A stretch of DNA of 64,000 bases from contig CM052817.1 of assembly GCA_028534125.1 (NCBI GenBank), positions 59,770,001-59,834,000 of the forward strand, given 5' to 3'. The stretch comes from Lama glama. Taxonomy: Eukaryota. Shown in pieces: positions 1 through 14,852 of this stretch. A program made the position numbers and the translations under genes. Position 1 is the stretch's first letter, and each line of letters starts with the position of its first letter. The notes beneath the pieces were generated by a model. It worked only from the letters and a program-made list of their open reading frames with translations. It was not told the origin of the DNA and made no database searches.

Positions 1-2322
1 CCATAGTAAAGTGAATGTTGCAATAAAGCGAGTCACAAATTTTCTGGCTTGTCAATACATATGAAAGTTATGTCTACACTATACTGTAGTCTGTTAAGTG
101 TGAAATAGCATTATGTCTAAGAAAGCAATGTTCACACCTTAATTGAAAAATACTTAATTGCTAAAAAATACTAAGCATCATCTGAGCCTTCAGTGAGTTA
201 CAATTTTTTGCTGGTAGAGGCTCTTACCTAGATGTTGATCGCTGCTGACTGATCAGGGTGGAGGTTGCTAAAGGTTAGGGTGGCTGTGACAAGTTTTTAA
301 AACATGGCAACAATGAGGTTTGCCTCATTGATTGACTTTTCCTTACAGGAGCCATCACCCTGTAGCATGCGCTGTTTGATAACATTTTACCCACAGTAGA
401 ACTTATTTGGAAATTGGAGTTAATCGTCTTAAACATTGTCACTGCTTTATCAACTAAGTTTATGTAATATTCTAAGTCCTTTGTTGTTGTTTCAACAGTC
501 TTCACAGTATCTTTATCAGAAATAGATTCCATCTTAAGAAACCACTTTCTTTCCTCCTCTATAAGAAGAAACTCCTCATCCGTTAAAGGTTTATCATAAG
601 ATTGCAGCAATTCAGTCTCATCTTCAGGCTCCAAATTCTAGTTCTCTTGCTATTTCCACTGCATCTGCAGTTCCTTCCTCCACTGAAGTCTTGAACCCCT
701 TAAAGTCATCCATGAAGATTGGGATCAGCTTCTTTCAAACTCCAAAAATATTGACATTTTGACCTTGAATCATGAATGTTCTTAATGGCACTTAGAATGG
801 TGAATACTTTCCAGAAAGTTTTCAATTGACTTTGCCTAGATCCATCAGAGGAACCACTTTCTATGGCTGCTTTACTGTTATGAAATGTATTTCTTAAATA
901 ACAAGACTTGAAATTTGAAATGACTTCTTGATCCATGGGCTGAAGAATGGATGTTGTGTTAGCAGGCCTGAAATCAGCATGAATATTGTTGCACATCTAC
1001 ATCAGAGCTCTTTGTTGACAGATGCATTCCAAATACCCTTTGTAAGAGGTATTTTTTTCTGAGCAGTAGGTCTTAACATGGGCTCAAAATATTCAGGAAA
1101 TCATGTTGTAACAAATGTGTTGTCATCCAGGCTTTGTTCTTTCATTTATGGAGCACAAGTTGAGTAGATTTAGCATAATTAGAGGCCCTAGGATTTTCAG
1201 AACAGAAAATGAGCATTGGCTTCAGCTTAAAGTCACCATTTGCATTAGTCCCTAGCAAGTCAAGTCAGCCTGTCCTTTGAAGCTTTGAAGTCAGGCATTG
1301 ACTTCTCCTTTCTAGCTATGAGATCCTAGATGGCACCTCCTTCCAACAGATGGCTGTTTTGTCTACACTGAATGTCTGTTGTTTAGTGTAGCCATCTTCA
1401 TAAATGATCTTAGCTAGATCTTCTGCGTAACTTGTTGTGGCTTCTACATCAGCATTGCTGCGTCACCTTGCCCTTCTATGTTATGGAGGTGGTCTTTCCT
1501 TAAACCTCATTAATCAATCTCAGCTAATCTCCAGCTTTTCTTCTGCAGCTTTCTCACTTCTCTTAGCCTTCATGGAATTGAAGAGATAGAGCCTTGTTCC
1601 GGGTTAGGCTTTGGTTTGAGGGAATGTTGTGGCTGGTTTGATCATGTATTCAGATGACTAAAACTTTCTCCATATCAACAGTAAGACTGTTTTGCTTTCT
1701 TATCACTTGTGTGTTTGCATGAGTAACACTCCTAATTCCAGTCAAGAACTTTTCCTTTGCATTCACAACTTGTCTAACCAGTGCAAGAGGCCTCGCTTTT
1801 GGCTTATCTCGGCTTCTGACCAGTACAGTACAAAAATACACTTAATCACTACTAGTTTTTGATTTGAATTGAGAGACTTGAAATGCTTCCTTTCACTTGA
1901 ATGCTTAGGTGTCATTGTAGGCTTCTTGGTTGTCCTAAGTTCAGTGTCATTGTGTCTGAAGGAATAAGGAGACCTAAGGAGAGAGAGCGAGACAGGGAAA
2001 TGACTGGTCATTGGAGCAGTCTGAACACACACATTTATTGATTAATTTCATCATCTTATGCTGGCATGCTTTGTGGTGCCCCCAAATAATTACATAGTAA
2101 CATCAAAGATCACTGTTAACAAATATAAAAATGATGAAACAGCTTGAAATGTTGCAAAGATTACCAAAATATGACACAGAGACACAACGTGAGCAAATGA
2201 TATTGGAAAATGGCGCTAATAGGCTTGCTTTATGCAAGGTTGCCCCAAACCTTCAATTTGTGAAAAAATGCAATATCAGCAAAGCACAGTAAAGCAAAGC
2301 ATAATGAAATGAGATATATCTG
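1..2322 (-). mobile_element. Tigger1 (TcMar-Tigger) DNA transposon, near full length, degenerate transposase
   Basis: Minus-strand ORF fragments 1650-1841, 706-996 (NTTSILQPMDQEVISNFKSCYLRNTF, DDE_1-type) and 275-634 (EERKWFLKMES...RKSQSMRQTSLL) resemble Tigger1 transposase. The 5' terminus ...ATAATGAAATGAGATATATCTG ends at 2322 and is followed by TA. The other TIR lies just outside the window. Confidence 0.93.
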
Positions 2323-3464
2323 TATGGATATTTAGTGCATTCTGAAACATTATGTCACTCAACTTAAAATTCATGGTGGAGACATGACAAGAAAGTGTTA
2401 ATTTTGTCGGTGAATTTACAAGTCACCATTTCAGACAGTTTCTCAAAATTGGGACTATAGAACATTCAGGAACTTGAATTTTTAATAGATATGAACTCCT
2501 AGTATAGCAAAATATCAATAATATGTAAAAATGGGACCTAATGTTCAACATAAGATAAAAATGCACATAATGAACATAATTGTATATCTGTCTGTGTTAT
2601 AAAATAAATGAAACTGATCCAATAATTTATTTAGGTGAATATAAAACTCCTTATATATTCAGGTTTAGCAGAGATTCTGAGAAAAAGAAAAGAATTACAG
2701 TGGCATACTTAGGATTTGTTCAAGGGGATGTGTCCTGATCACAAGCAGTGCTGGTCTTTTTCTTTGTTCACTTGGTGGAACCTTTGCTGTGTCACTTTGC
2801 CCTTGGGTATTACACTGGTTTTTCTCTCCCATCAACACCCCTTATAAAGAGAGAAGTAGGATTTGGCTATAATAAGAACATGTTCTATGTACGACCACTC
2901 TAATTTATTAGATCCTCAAATTCATTTTATAAGAAAATACAAGTGTTACATCCAAACCTGTATAGCCCTTTAGCCTATTTCCAGGCTTTGCTAATTGTGA
3001 CATATCTTTTGCCATGCTGATAACTTAAGGTGTTACAGTGACCCCACATGACTTTCTGAGAACCATCTTTGATCTATCCTTGAAAGCGTTTCAGCTCCAT
3101 CTGTTTGTATAGGAGGTGGGCTTCTATTTGGGCATAAATTCTCATTAGGCTCTTTGCTTCACATTGAGATTTAGTATTATATCACCTTTATTGACTGTTA
3201 AAACAGGGCAATGCATGTACCTGTAACACAGGTTGGTTATCCTTGTTAGGGATTATATTTTGAAGTTATTATACATCAATATCTACAAAAAGCACCATTA
3301 AGAGATATAATTCTTGCATCCATGAACATTTACTGCTTAACAATTTTATGTGCAGTGAATCACCAAGTATGTTCTGGGCATTGGAAAACCCAATTTGAAC
3401 GAATTAGTCAAAATCTCTGGTTTTACAGAGCTGAAATCCTAGAGACACAATTTTTGTACAGAGG

Positions 3465-4030
3465 CAATATACATAATGGTTAAGAGCTTGAACCCTGAAG
3501 TTATACCTGGATTCAAATTCTACCTTTAGCACATTTCAGGTTTGTGATCTTGGGCCTCTCATTTCATTTATGAGATGCATATAGCAATACAGGTTAACAG
3601 TCCTTTATCTGAAGCTCTTGGGGGCAGATATGTTTCAGAATTCAGAAGTATTGGATTTTTAGAAAGGTAATATTATAAATATCTATTCAGAATATAATAA
3701 CATTAGCAGGCCTGCAGCAGGACCTTGTACTTTTTGCAAAGAAACATACTGATAGTCACTCTCAGTGTAATAAATGGAAATTATAGATAGCCTTACCTCA
3801 GTTCAGGTCAATATTTGCCACCAAAAGAGCTTATGTGTCAGATGTATGAAAAAAACAACAAACAACAGAAACAACTTTTGGTCTTTACTCTGTTTTTGGA
3901 TTTCAAAATTGTAGCTCAGCATTTATAGCTGTATGTTACCTACTTCCCAGGATTGTTATAAAAACTGAAGAAGTGCAATTCATGTCTTCTTAGCATAGGT
4001 TTTAGTATGTGGTGAGTGCGTATCTATTAT
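3465..4030 (+). mobile_element. MIR SINE interrupted by a MER46C-like element
   Basis: MIR head (atggttaagagcttgaaccctgaag...ctggattcaaattc...tgtgatcttggg) at 3465-3580. The MIR tail (tacctacttcccaggattgttat...) resumes at about 3937. Confidence 0.6.
3590..3931. mobile_element. MER46C-like non-autonomous Tigger element
   Basis: TA-CAGGTTAACAGTCCTTTATCTGAAGCTCTTGGGGGCAGATATGTTTCAGAATTCAGAA start, with a degenerate inverted end ...ttttggatttcaaaattgtag...ctg-TA. Confidence 0.7.
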
Positions 4031-5049
4031 TAATATCAGCATTAGTTTGGCTATTTCTCTAGCAAGTAAAAAAAATTATTGATTCATCCATTTCAGCAGA
4101 AAATCGTATACCTGAACTTCTTTCATTTGACACCAAACCTCACTTCAAATTTTTTTACAAAATAGACCTTGAGGGTTTTTCTGTCGAAACATTATGAAGA
4201 TAGAGGCTTGTGAAACTTGCAGTGCTTTTAACTTGTTCTTCTGTCGTCTTTCATCTTACCATAATTTCCTTCTTTTCTTGATTTTTAATACGTTTACTTA
4301 AAGAAAACTTTTCACATGCTATGTTGTGAGGATTTTCGTTTATTGTTTCAAAATGTAATGAGGCATTTTATATGTAATAAATTTGTACATTGTATAGTAT
4401 GGTATATTTATTCTCTTTGCTTCCTCCAAATTTTCAGATCTAGGGCAAATTCAGTATCCATCATATACCCACTAAAAATCTCAATTTTCTATTTTTATTG
4501 CAAATATAAAATGCCCTATTTGTGTGTGTGTTTTAAATTGGCTCTTGTGAGGTAGCCTAGAAAAGTAACCATCATTAGACTTTGATTCTTTCAGGAAGTA
4601 TGTTAGAATTTTTACTTACAGTTCAGTATTGAAATAAGAGCCACTTCTAACTGGAAACTAAACTATGTACTAATTTATTATGTATTTAAGAAGAGTATTT
4701 GTGTTTCATCATAAAATCAAATTATTTCTTTACCATATAAATTATAGAAATTTTAATACATTTTTCTTAATCTCCTAATCCTGAAAATATAGAAGCAAAG
4801 GAAAAGAAAAAAAGAAAAGAACTACATCATTTTTCTGCCCTAGATAATGCTTTCTATAATGTTGCTCTACCATTTTTATATATCTCTTATTTAACCTCAA
4901 AAGATTTTCATTTATCATCCACACCAATTTTATTTTTGTTTCTAAATTATTTTATGAGTTAATTACATCTTATTCTTCTCTACTTTCAGCTTAATTTATT
5001 ATACTTAAACCTTATTAACTGAAAATTTGTATAACAATAACTACTCATT

Positions 5050-5490
5050 TCTGCCATCCTATTTAGCATCATTATTAGCCCATCTACACACCTTGTTGCA
5101 CTTTACAAGGCAGAAGCACTGCATTGCTTATAGGTCAACAAACACACCCTGGCATTTCAGACGTTTATTTCTTTACACTTGTGTTCCCTTTGTCTGTAAT
5201 AAATGTCCTCCTCTCCTTTGTTCACTGGAGCAAATCCTATGTGGCCTTCACAACCCAAACTGAAGGTCATTACTTTCAGACATTATTTTCTTGACAATCC
5301 TAGGGAACATTTCTTTGTTTTACTTCTGATGTTCTTCTGTATTTTCTCTTTATCTTGTGCACATATGTATTTTTACGTTTATTACATTACATTTTACTAA
5401 ATTTTTATTAGTCTCTTGAGAAGAGACATGTGGCTCATTCATCTCTGTATTCCTAACAAAGTATTCCCTGTATTTTTGTTGTTTGTGAAT
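5050..5490 (+). mobile_element. L2 3' fragment
   Basis: L2-like 3' region ending tctcttgagaagagacatgtggctcattcatctctgtattcc...tttttgttgtttgtgaat. Confidence 0.55.
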
Positions 5491-7767
5491 AGGTTTAAAA
5501 TAAATTGGATTGAAATTAAACTATATGTGTGAGGCAAAGAATGATCTAGTTCACGGGAAGACTGAACGGTTAGGCTGAGCCTTGATGACCCTAATGATGG
5601 AGGAGATAAAAGAAGAATTCAAGAAGTTTAAATGAAGACCTTGAGTTTATGGTGCCAATGCATTATCCAAGTCTGTAGTAGGATTTTACATGTGGGCCAC
5701 AGGAGAAAGATAAGACATGAAACATAAATCAGAAAGGAAGAAACAGTACCCAAAGTGATAAAACAACAAAAAATTTACAGAAACAAAAATTACATCTTGA
5801 AGGATGCCGCTATTTAAGGCATTTATATATGGAAAGTGATTGTGTAGGATTCCAAAAGGCTTGTTAAGGTTAGATGAAAAACTGGTTATAATAAGATCAC
5901 AATTTAAAAAAAAAACTATAGAGGAAGATTGAAAATATATAACAAAATAGGAATCAGATCATTTGATAAGTAGAATAGCTTTACCCCTAGACTGGTGATA
6001 TGTAACAGAAGCTTGACATCATAAAAAAGTAAATTTGTAGACTCTAGAACATAAGTTGAGAAAGTTGCTGTATCATGCTCTCTCTTTTCTCACTGAAGTG
6101 TAAAATAATGCCTCAATCCAAGACAATAGCTAGTGTGAAGGTAAGATTTTATTAGAATGATAAAAGTTAAGAACAGCTGCTTTTGGGACAAAAGAAGAAC
6201 CTGACTAGAATATATACTAGGATTGTCAGGCAGTCCTGAAGATTCAAAAAATGAGGCTGGACACATTGAAACTGTGGGATGCAAATCTGCAGAACTTTTG
6301 TGATTTTTCTTCAGGGGCCTTCAGTAGTTGGGTAGGGAGATAGATGATTATATCAATGCATATTTGGAGTTTTTCAGAGTAAATATTACCTAAAGAAAAG
6401 CAAAAAATAAAAAATAAATGAAGAAGCAGTTGAGTTAACATGTTGTTTGGATATCATCTGAGATAAATGAAGGGATAAACACTACATGGAATCTGAGCTG
6501 GAAACAAGCAAGAGGGTGGGTCAATGCTGAATTCATCCTGTGGCTGATGGTATCAGTGACAGTTATGAGCTTTCCTGGAAGCTGGAACAAAGACAAACTT
6601 TTAATTGTGGACAGTTTATCTAGAAAGTAACTTCTCCTTAGAAATACCTTGATGTCCTCAGGGTTCATCTGGGTTATAAATTCTATATTAAAGCATGTAC
6701 GTTCTGCATGGAGATTTCTTTTCAGATTTAATTTCTATTAGTAGAATATTATTTTAGCATTTATTTTCATTATTAACTATGTATAGGGTTAAGTCCAAGA
6801 CTCATATTTATATAGGAAAAAACTCACTAAATGCTATATTTTCCAATTACAATTAAAACATAAATTTATAATCTCAATGTTTGATTGTAGTGTCATGATG
6901 TTGTGTCTCAGGATTCATTATTTCATAAAATAAAAACCTTTTTCATTCATGTTTGTATCAGGATATCATAGACAAGAGGTTTGTTAGGATAGCCAGAGAA
7001 TGCTTTTAACCCTGCCTTATTTTTTAATGGGAAAGAACAAGATAAATTAAGTGAGTCATCCTTAACCCATAACATTGTCTTTCATAACTTTTTTCAAATA
7101 AAAAGCAAGTTCTGACTTATAAACATTTTCATGTATTTATTTACGTATCATTGCTGATATATCCTACCAGAAATAGTTGCTATTAGCAATAACTCACTTT
7201 CCTCCATCATTTTATTGTTAATAAATTACTTTAATGTACATTATCTCATGTATAGTAAATTGGCCTTAACTCTATAGCAAAGATACATCATTTTATTGCT
7301 GAAAGAGTCAACAAAAATAATTGTTAACTGATTTATTAATGCCAATGTGATAATGAAATAAATTGTTTCTTTGATAAAAGTAAAAGGATACACAATGATA
7401 TGCTTCTATAAATAATATAAATTGGATTTGAAATGTATTATACATTTGAAAATTCTATATATAATAGAGAATATATAAATCTTACGAAAATGATTTGAGA
7501 ATAACATTTTCTGAAACATTACAATGAAGACAATTCACTAGATTGTCTTGAACAAATGGCTTTATTATCATTTTTTGGTTTTTATTTATTGTATTTCATA
7601 TTAACAACTACTGACAGAATTAAGACTGATAAGTAATAAATAATTCTAATAGAGAAATAATAAGAATTCAAGTAGGGAAAATAAAATACCTACTCAAGGA
7701 ACTCGCATTCTAGTAGAGTATATAATTATAGTAGAAAAGTAAAGGTACAGTGATTATTACTCAGTTA

Positions 7768-8630
7768 CTAATTCAACGAATGTTTTTTCCAGTGGCAGGT
7801 ATGTACTAAGCTCTAGATACAATAGCATTCTACTGTTGTCATGTTAAACACTATTGTAGAGCCTATAGTCTAATATGTGGTGGTGGGTGTGAATCAAATA
7901 ATTAACAAAGTACAAAATTGCATTATATATGATAAGGAGTAATACATGGAGCTACTGTATTGTATAATGGAGGATTCTAAGGTAGTCTTAGTGGTCAGAG
8001 ATGCTTCTCTGAAGAAGCAATGACTGAGTTGAAATCTGAAAAATAAATGTGATTGATAGCAATGAGCATGTTCATTGGCTCCATGGCAGGACTGGGTTTG
8101 GCGAATGTGGTAAGTTAAGGCAGGCCAGAATGGCTGTGGGCTGAATGAAAAGGAGAAGGTATGTGAGGAGGCTGAATGACAGGTAAAGAACAAACTATTA
8201 AACACATTAGTTTGCTAAAGGGTACTGAATGCTGTGGCACAGGACAGGGATGGGGTGGAAGTATCAGACTGTGAGCTGATTGTATTTGCATTTTAAAAGT
8301 CACTTTGGCTATAATATAGGGGAAAAACTGGAGAGGGCTAATAGTAATGTAAGTAGATGAGTGGTCAAGAACAACGATGATGAACAGAGAGAAGTGGAGG
8401 TGGATTTTGGTTTAATTATTGGAAAAGATAGAAATTAATTGCTAATGATTTTGTAAAGAGAGCAAGGAAGAAACTATGTCAAGGATAACATCTAGATTTC
8501 TGACTGACTGAGTTAGATGATGGTGGTACCATTCACTGAGCTTGGATCTACTCCCCCTGAGCTCAAAAGGACATTAGTTTAATGTTTATTGAGACCCCAT
8601 AAATGGCATGTTAAATAAGTAGTTTCAGTG
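7768..8630 (-). mobile_element. L2 fragment
   Basis: Begins with the reverse L2 tail (attcaacgaatg...), followed by typical antisense L2 text (gatgcttctctgaagaag...gatttgcattttaaaagtcactttggc...caaggataacatctagatttctgac). Confidence 0.7.
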
Positions 8631-10809
8631 GTAAACTTCCATTTCCCTGGTCTCATATTTCTATGAGGAAAAACTTCCTAAACGAATAACATGCTGAACC
8701 TTTCGACTTAACATTTTCACTCGTGCCTCTGTGGTGTAGGTGGAAAGATTATCTGGTTAATAATCTGGGGGGAAGAGACTGCTCAAAGCATACTCTTTCT
8801 GTGTCATTCTGTCTCTCCTTCTTCCTCTCGCCCACTTTCTGTCTTTCTCTTTCTTTCTTTTGTAGGGTAAATGTATTTATCCTTATCTCCAGAGAATCTA
8901 AGAGCTTACTTGGTGAGTCTTTGCTGCTTGAGATAGGCTTGAAGTTGTCCTTCCTGCTTGTGACAACAAAGACCACTCTGTCCTTTTCATGTGTGGTATA
9001 TTATAAGCCTGTTTGATCACAGACACAACCTGTACTCTAAGCATGCTACTTGTAGTAAAGTTAACATTTTAATCCTCCATTTGTCTTTTTCAGATGATTG
9101 TCTTTCAAATGGCTTTTAACTATGTGGGGAAAGGAATGTGGTTTAGACCCCCTAACACTTTTACTTGCAGCTCAAGAAATGATAATCTGCCTCTAGGAAT
9201 AATTGAAACTGTGGATATGGATGTGACTGCCTTGGGAGAGAATGGAGAAGTAGATGAATAATAAAAAAATCTGAGCATCTAATGTCAACTTAGTATCAGC
9301 CCTGGTAAATTAATCTGAAGGCTAAAATATATCAAATAAATTTAAACAAAATGGATATTATATTTGTGAATTCAGCAGACACTGTAGGAGCTGAAGGTCA
9401 GATTGAAATAGTATCTGATGCTGTTTGGTGATGGTAGCAGGTTCAAGTAGAAAATAACCCTTTGGAGGTGATATCTCTTGTGCTGCTTCTTAAAGTTGAG
9501 CAGAATTTAGAAAAGGGAAGAGGATGAACAAACTTTGGGAGGAATAAGATAGCATACAATTTCAAAACACCCTCCTCCTTGCTTTTTTCTTTTAAGATCA
9601 TCTCCAGGAAGAAGTACTTATTTAGAGCAGTTTTAAGTTGAGGAAGAAGAGCTTTACCAGAATCATTCTAGAACTATCATTATGAAGGTTGATTATACAA
9701 TCAAAGGTCACCTGTGAAGAAATACTGACAATCTAAAAATATTCCTATTTTAATTATGTTACTAATTCAAAATAGGCTGTTGTTCTTTTTTTTTTTAATT
9801 TAAAAGGTATTTCACTGGTTTCTTAGCCTTTACTATGAAGTATCATGGACTTTTAAATGTGAATTTGTTTAAACATAGCTTTAGCATATAACTAGTTCTT
9901 GGGGTTTAGAGTAATGTCTGCATTGAGGAGGCTTTAGCTCTTCCTTTATAAAATCAGTTTCACGAAAGGCATCCAACTGGAAAAATCACTTTGCCTTAGA
10001 GAATTCTGCAGTGACTATAAGCCCATCCTCGACAGGGCCCATAGCTCTGCTAGGTAGCATATACAGTATTAAACTATAATGTAAACTTTGCTGGATCAAT
10101 TCATTATGTGTATGTTGTATCTGTCTGGATAGTATCACCTTAAACATACAAACTAGTGTGTGTCATTATGCACATGGTAACTATTAAACAATGCATAGAA
10201 TCAAAGAATTTGATGACAATTTTGTGATTATTCCATCTAAGCTCCAACCCAATACAGGAATCTATTTATCCCTGACTACTAGCTGTTGACATTTTTAAAA
10301 CAATGCTGACAAAGGGAGGTCACATGCTTATGGGACATACCATACTTTTTGTTGAATGCAAGGTGTTGTTTTTTCATATTTATTTTGCCTCCTAATTTTA
10401 ATCCCTAGTTTTATCCTTCACACAGTACATGAATACATTAATCGGTTACCACTTGCAAATGATAGCTTTTCAAATAGATGACACTGACATGGCACTCATT
10501 CACACAGCAATTTTTTTTATATATGTATTCTCTACCAGTTACTGCATTGGCTCTAAAAAAGGTGAATGAGAACAGCGCTTGATTTTCTTCAGTTCTATCA
10601 CTTATTCTTTCATATGGCTGTTTCTAAATGCCTCAGTAAGGCACATGACCAACTCTGAGAGCATTATTATCTTTTATTTATTTTATTTGTACTTATTAAT
10701 CATAATTATGCAAAACATGACAAGTGATATTTATTGAATGCTATTTATGTGCTAGGATCTGTGCAAACTGTTTTATATTGATTAATTAAGTAACCTGAGT
10801 GCCTCTGCA

Positions 10810-11215
10810 TGTATTGTGTTTGAATACAATATAGTGGGAGTACATTGTAGGAATTAGAACTCATACAGTTGTGGGAGTAGATTGGGAAATGAAGGTATAG
10901 AGAGGGGAGTTAGAAGATCTGAGGAGAATTCACCAGTCAGCCTTCCTACAGCACTCACTGCTTGGTGACATAGGGCTCACAGGAGAGTGCTAAGAACCAA
11001 GCCATACTCAGTTGCTGAAGTGGGCCTGCAAATGAGAACTTATGGAGGGGTCAGTTAGAAGCTTTTGCTTCTGTGAGCTCTATCTCCTTTCACCCGCTGT
11101 CAAGTGGACCCAAGGCTCCTGTTGTTCAAGTAGTGTTACTAGTTGGAAAGAAGAATTTGACAGAAAAGAAGAGGAGAAAGATAAGCTGGAATCTGCTGGG
11201 AACCTCTGCATCGCA
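10810..11215 (-). mobile_element. MLT2-family (MLT2E/F-like) ERVL LTR fragment
   Basis: taggaattagaactcatacagttgtgggag...agctggaatctgctgggaacctctgcatc resembles antisense MLT2E/F. It is embedded in L2-like sequence. Confidence 0.55.
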
Positions 11216-11221
11216 AACCTT

Positions 11222-11880
11222 CAAGGTATTGTTCTAAATACTAGGGATTCAGTAGTGAGTGAACAATACAGAAAAAGTTCCTGACTTCTTATAGACTACA
11301 TCCTAGTGGTAGAGCCAGAAAATAATTGAGATATTTAATTGCAAGCAGTGGAAAGTGCAGCAAGAATAATTAAGCTGTGTAGAGAGTAGATTGTGGTGAA
11401 CCAATGGTAGAAACATGGAAGAAGAGGCTATTGTGATAGTCTAAGTGAACAATGATGATAGCTCAAATTGGGAGGATAGCTTAGCCATCCTAGTGGTGAG
11501 TAATGCTCATATCGTAAATCTCTTTTATAGGTAGATCTAGGTAACAAGATTTGCTGATGGACTGACTATTTCTTCTCAAAGAAGAAAATAGAATTAAGGA
11601 TGATGCTGATGTTTTTGAGCAAATAAGTGGAATTTTAGTGGTATTTGCACAGGTGAGGAAGGATGGGACATGAGGGAGTTTGGGGGAGAAATGATCTACT
11701 GAATGTCAAAGTAGAGACTTTAGGTTGATTAGGCGATGACAGAAAAGAGGGTTGAGATCAGGGGAGAGGTGGAACTTGAGATACACATTTTGGAGTTATG
11801 TGAGTCCATAATATATTTAAAGATGGAAATACTGGAAGAGATCAGTCGGAAAGATGATGTAGAGTTTAAAAAGGGTAGAG
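11222..11880 (-). mobile_element. L2 fragment
   Basis: aggtattgttctaaatactagggattcagtagtgag...gaggctattgtgatagtctaagtga...gatttgctgatggactg...gagatacacattttggagtt. Confidence 0.7.
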
Positions 11881-13979
11881 CTGTTATATTCTGGTGCATA
11901 TGTTTAAACAGAAGGGTAGTACTTCTTATGCATAATCTTATAACATCCCCTTTTCCTTTACAATACAAATATTAGAGCTAATTTTTAATAGTAAGCTCAA
12001 CACTTTAGAAAAAAACTTAAACATGCTGAAGTTGAGTGCAGGTGAGATCCAGGGTCATTGAATTATAAAGCCAAAAGTAAGTTAGCTTACTTTCTTTTTG
12101 AACAGAGATGTGGATGGGGATGAGCTGGGAATTGTTCTCAATAACCAAAACAAAAGGAGAAAGACAGTAAACTAAAATAATTACATTAGGAGTTTTATAA
12201 TATTCACAAATTTAAAAATAGAAGAAGAGAGGCTGAAAAGGATAATTTGCTCTGGAAATAACTGGGGAGGCTCTGTAGCTTTCACTGCATTTCATGTTGT
12301 GTTAAAACCATTTCATTTAAATTGTCCAAGATAATAGTACCCACTGTGGCAGGTAGAATTTGGGTTTCTTACAACATCCCATTATTGAAATGAAATTCAA
12401 TAAATAATAAATATAGTTCTACAGGGAACCAAGCAGTCTGATACAAGTTCATAGTTCTTTAGTAGTCTGTCTTGATCCATGATAAAATTAATTTATTTCA
12501 GGCAATCTTCCATAAAATTCTCTCAACCAGGATTTGATGATTGGAGAGAAGAGTTCAAGGTTATCCTCTCTGCAAAAGACCTGCACCTCTTTTTATTCCT
12601 AGCCATCTGTGATTTATATATGACACTATGTATTCTATTTTTTCTATAATCACTAGGGTATTGTATGTAGTATTGGACAGTACTCAAAATACTCTGTGAT
12701 CAGTGTGATATGGCAAGGAGACCCACTCCTTTTGATGAAGTAACTTGGCTTTTTAATTAAAGCTGCAAACTTGGGAGTGATAAACTTTTTGGTGGTTAAG
12801 AACTGCTTATGATAATGAGTAGAGTGATAAACTGGAAGTAATTACCTATGACCAGTAACACACAAAGCAAAAAAAAAAATGTAGTAGTTGGGAATACCTA
12901 TTATATAGCTTTAAAAAGATTAACTAAAATAGCAACAAAACCCCCCACCACTTAATATATAGGAAGAAAGTCTAAAGATCAATGTACGAGTTAATTTAAT
13001 CTTATTTCCTCACCATTTCTACATGGTAATAATATTTTTTGAACTAAGTGAAAACACAAGGATGCATTTCTAGCTCTTCTACTATTTCAACAAAAAATTG
13101 TCCACCTACACCAATAGTTTTAACAACAAAATGGACTATTTTTTATATTCCTACAAGTAAGCAAAGACTCAAAAATTGCTTGTAAAGAGAGAAGCTAATA
13201 ACCAAGTATTTACTAGAAATAAAACAACTTAATGAATGAAAACAAAACACAATTCCCATACTATCTAAACTGTATTTCAAATGGTAAAATTAAGTTTTAA
13301 GTTGTTATTAAACATTTTAGTAAGGCAGTTAAATTTTCAATTGTGCAGATTTTAGCAGAATCTTTGAGGTTATTTTAATAATGACAAGAATGTTTTGGCT
13401 ACCAAGCAAAACAAGCATCTTATATCAAATAGTTTAAATATAAGTTTCTGTAGAAAATAAGTAAGGAAGATGATTTTTTTCCACAGGAGTATGATTAGTA
13501 AGTCGACAATGCAAATTTACCCAAGGAAATTCTGTCTTTGAAGTGTGCTAAATGGTGGCTGGTTTAGATATGGCAATTAATCACTGTATTATTTATAGTA
13601 CTTTAGGAACAGCTCACAGTACATTAATCAGGGATAACTTTTGCTTAATTAAGAAGACTGCCAAAAATTTCAAAGGCGAGCACGAAAACACAATTGAGTA
13701 AATATGTATACACATATTAGCTAAGAACTAATAATCACAAAATGGAAAAATTTAAATTGCATCGAAATCATTCACCTGCTTAAGCTTTTATGCTTTCATT
13801 GGTTAGCTTCTGAATTAATGCTTTCTTCCCAGGGTTGGAGAGTACAGTTTGATGCATCAGGTAATCTGTATTGTATGATGTTTCAATTTAGACCAACCCT
13901 CCACTAGTATGTTTGTAGTTTATTCTGTATAGACAGCTGCTTGTTTCCCTACATGGATTGAGAAACTTAACTGGCGTTC

Positions 13980-14200
13980 CAAGGCTGGAGTTAGATTACC
14001 TAGTTTAAATTTTGGCTCCATCATTTCCCAGCTGTGTGTCTTACAGCAAAGTTAATCAACCTCTTTGTATGCCACCTGTTTCATAATTTACTAAAAGGGG
14101 CTCATAATACTACTTTACTTACAGGGTGGGTATGAGAATTAAATTAATGTATTTAAAGTATTGAGCAGTATCTAACTACAGAATAGATATTAGCTACTAT
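13980..14200 (+). mobile_element. MIR SINE
   Basis: ggctggagttagattacctagtttaaattttggctcc...cagctgtgtgtctt...aagttaatcaacctct...atgagaattaaattaat. Confidence 0.7.
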
Positions 14201-14852
14201 TTTAATTTGTGTTATTATGATCAGAAATGATGTACTCTTACCTTCACTAGCTTTCCTTAGTCCTAGTCTCTTTAACCTCTGAAATGTGTCCTAATCCCAC
14301 TCATTTTCTTTCCCTTTAGCATCTCACTTCAGCAGTTACTGAGCAGCTGAGCAACTGGTGTATGCATAGTACAAATGCAATAAATGCTTTATGTTTTAAA
14401 CATACAGTTCAGCTTTTCTGTGGAACTTATATTTGATACATATTTTGCATGTTTCCATATGTATTTATCAGTTTCATATGTCCAAAATTCATGTTGGATT
14501 TTGTGAAACTATAACTAATAATGAGACCCTGGTGTAGTTACTACCAATCAGCATTGAAATACTTGAGAATAACACGAATACCTAGGACTTAAATGTGCAG
14601 AGTGTGTGTGATAGCATGATACACAAAGAGCGAGCTTTAGAGTGATGACTGAACCAGGAAAATGGAAATCCGGTTGGACAAAGTAAATGCTGGGTTAAAG
14701 CAGTTAAAACAGTGTGACAAGGTTGAATGCAGAAGATAGTGTTTGTTAAGACACTCAGGTTTGTGAAGTGCAATAACATTGGAATATTTCAGTACTTTCT
14801 GAAAAGGAAATACAACAGCAAAGAACAAGAACAAATTTATTTTCTTTGATTC

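Noticed and set aside
275..1841. Functional TIGD1-like gene
   Set aside because: The transposase is fragmented by stops and frameshifts; this is an ordinary Tigger1 fossil.
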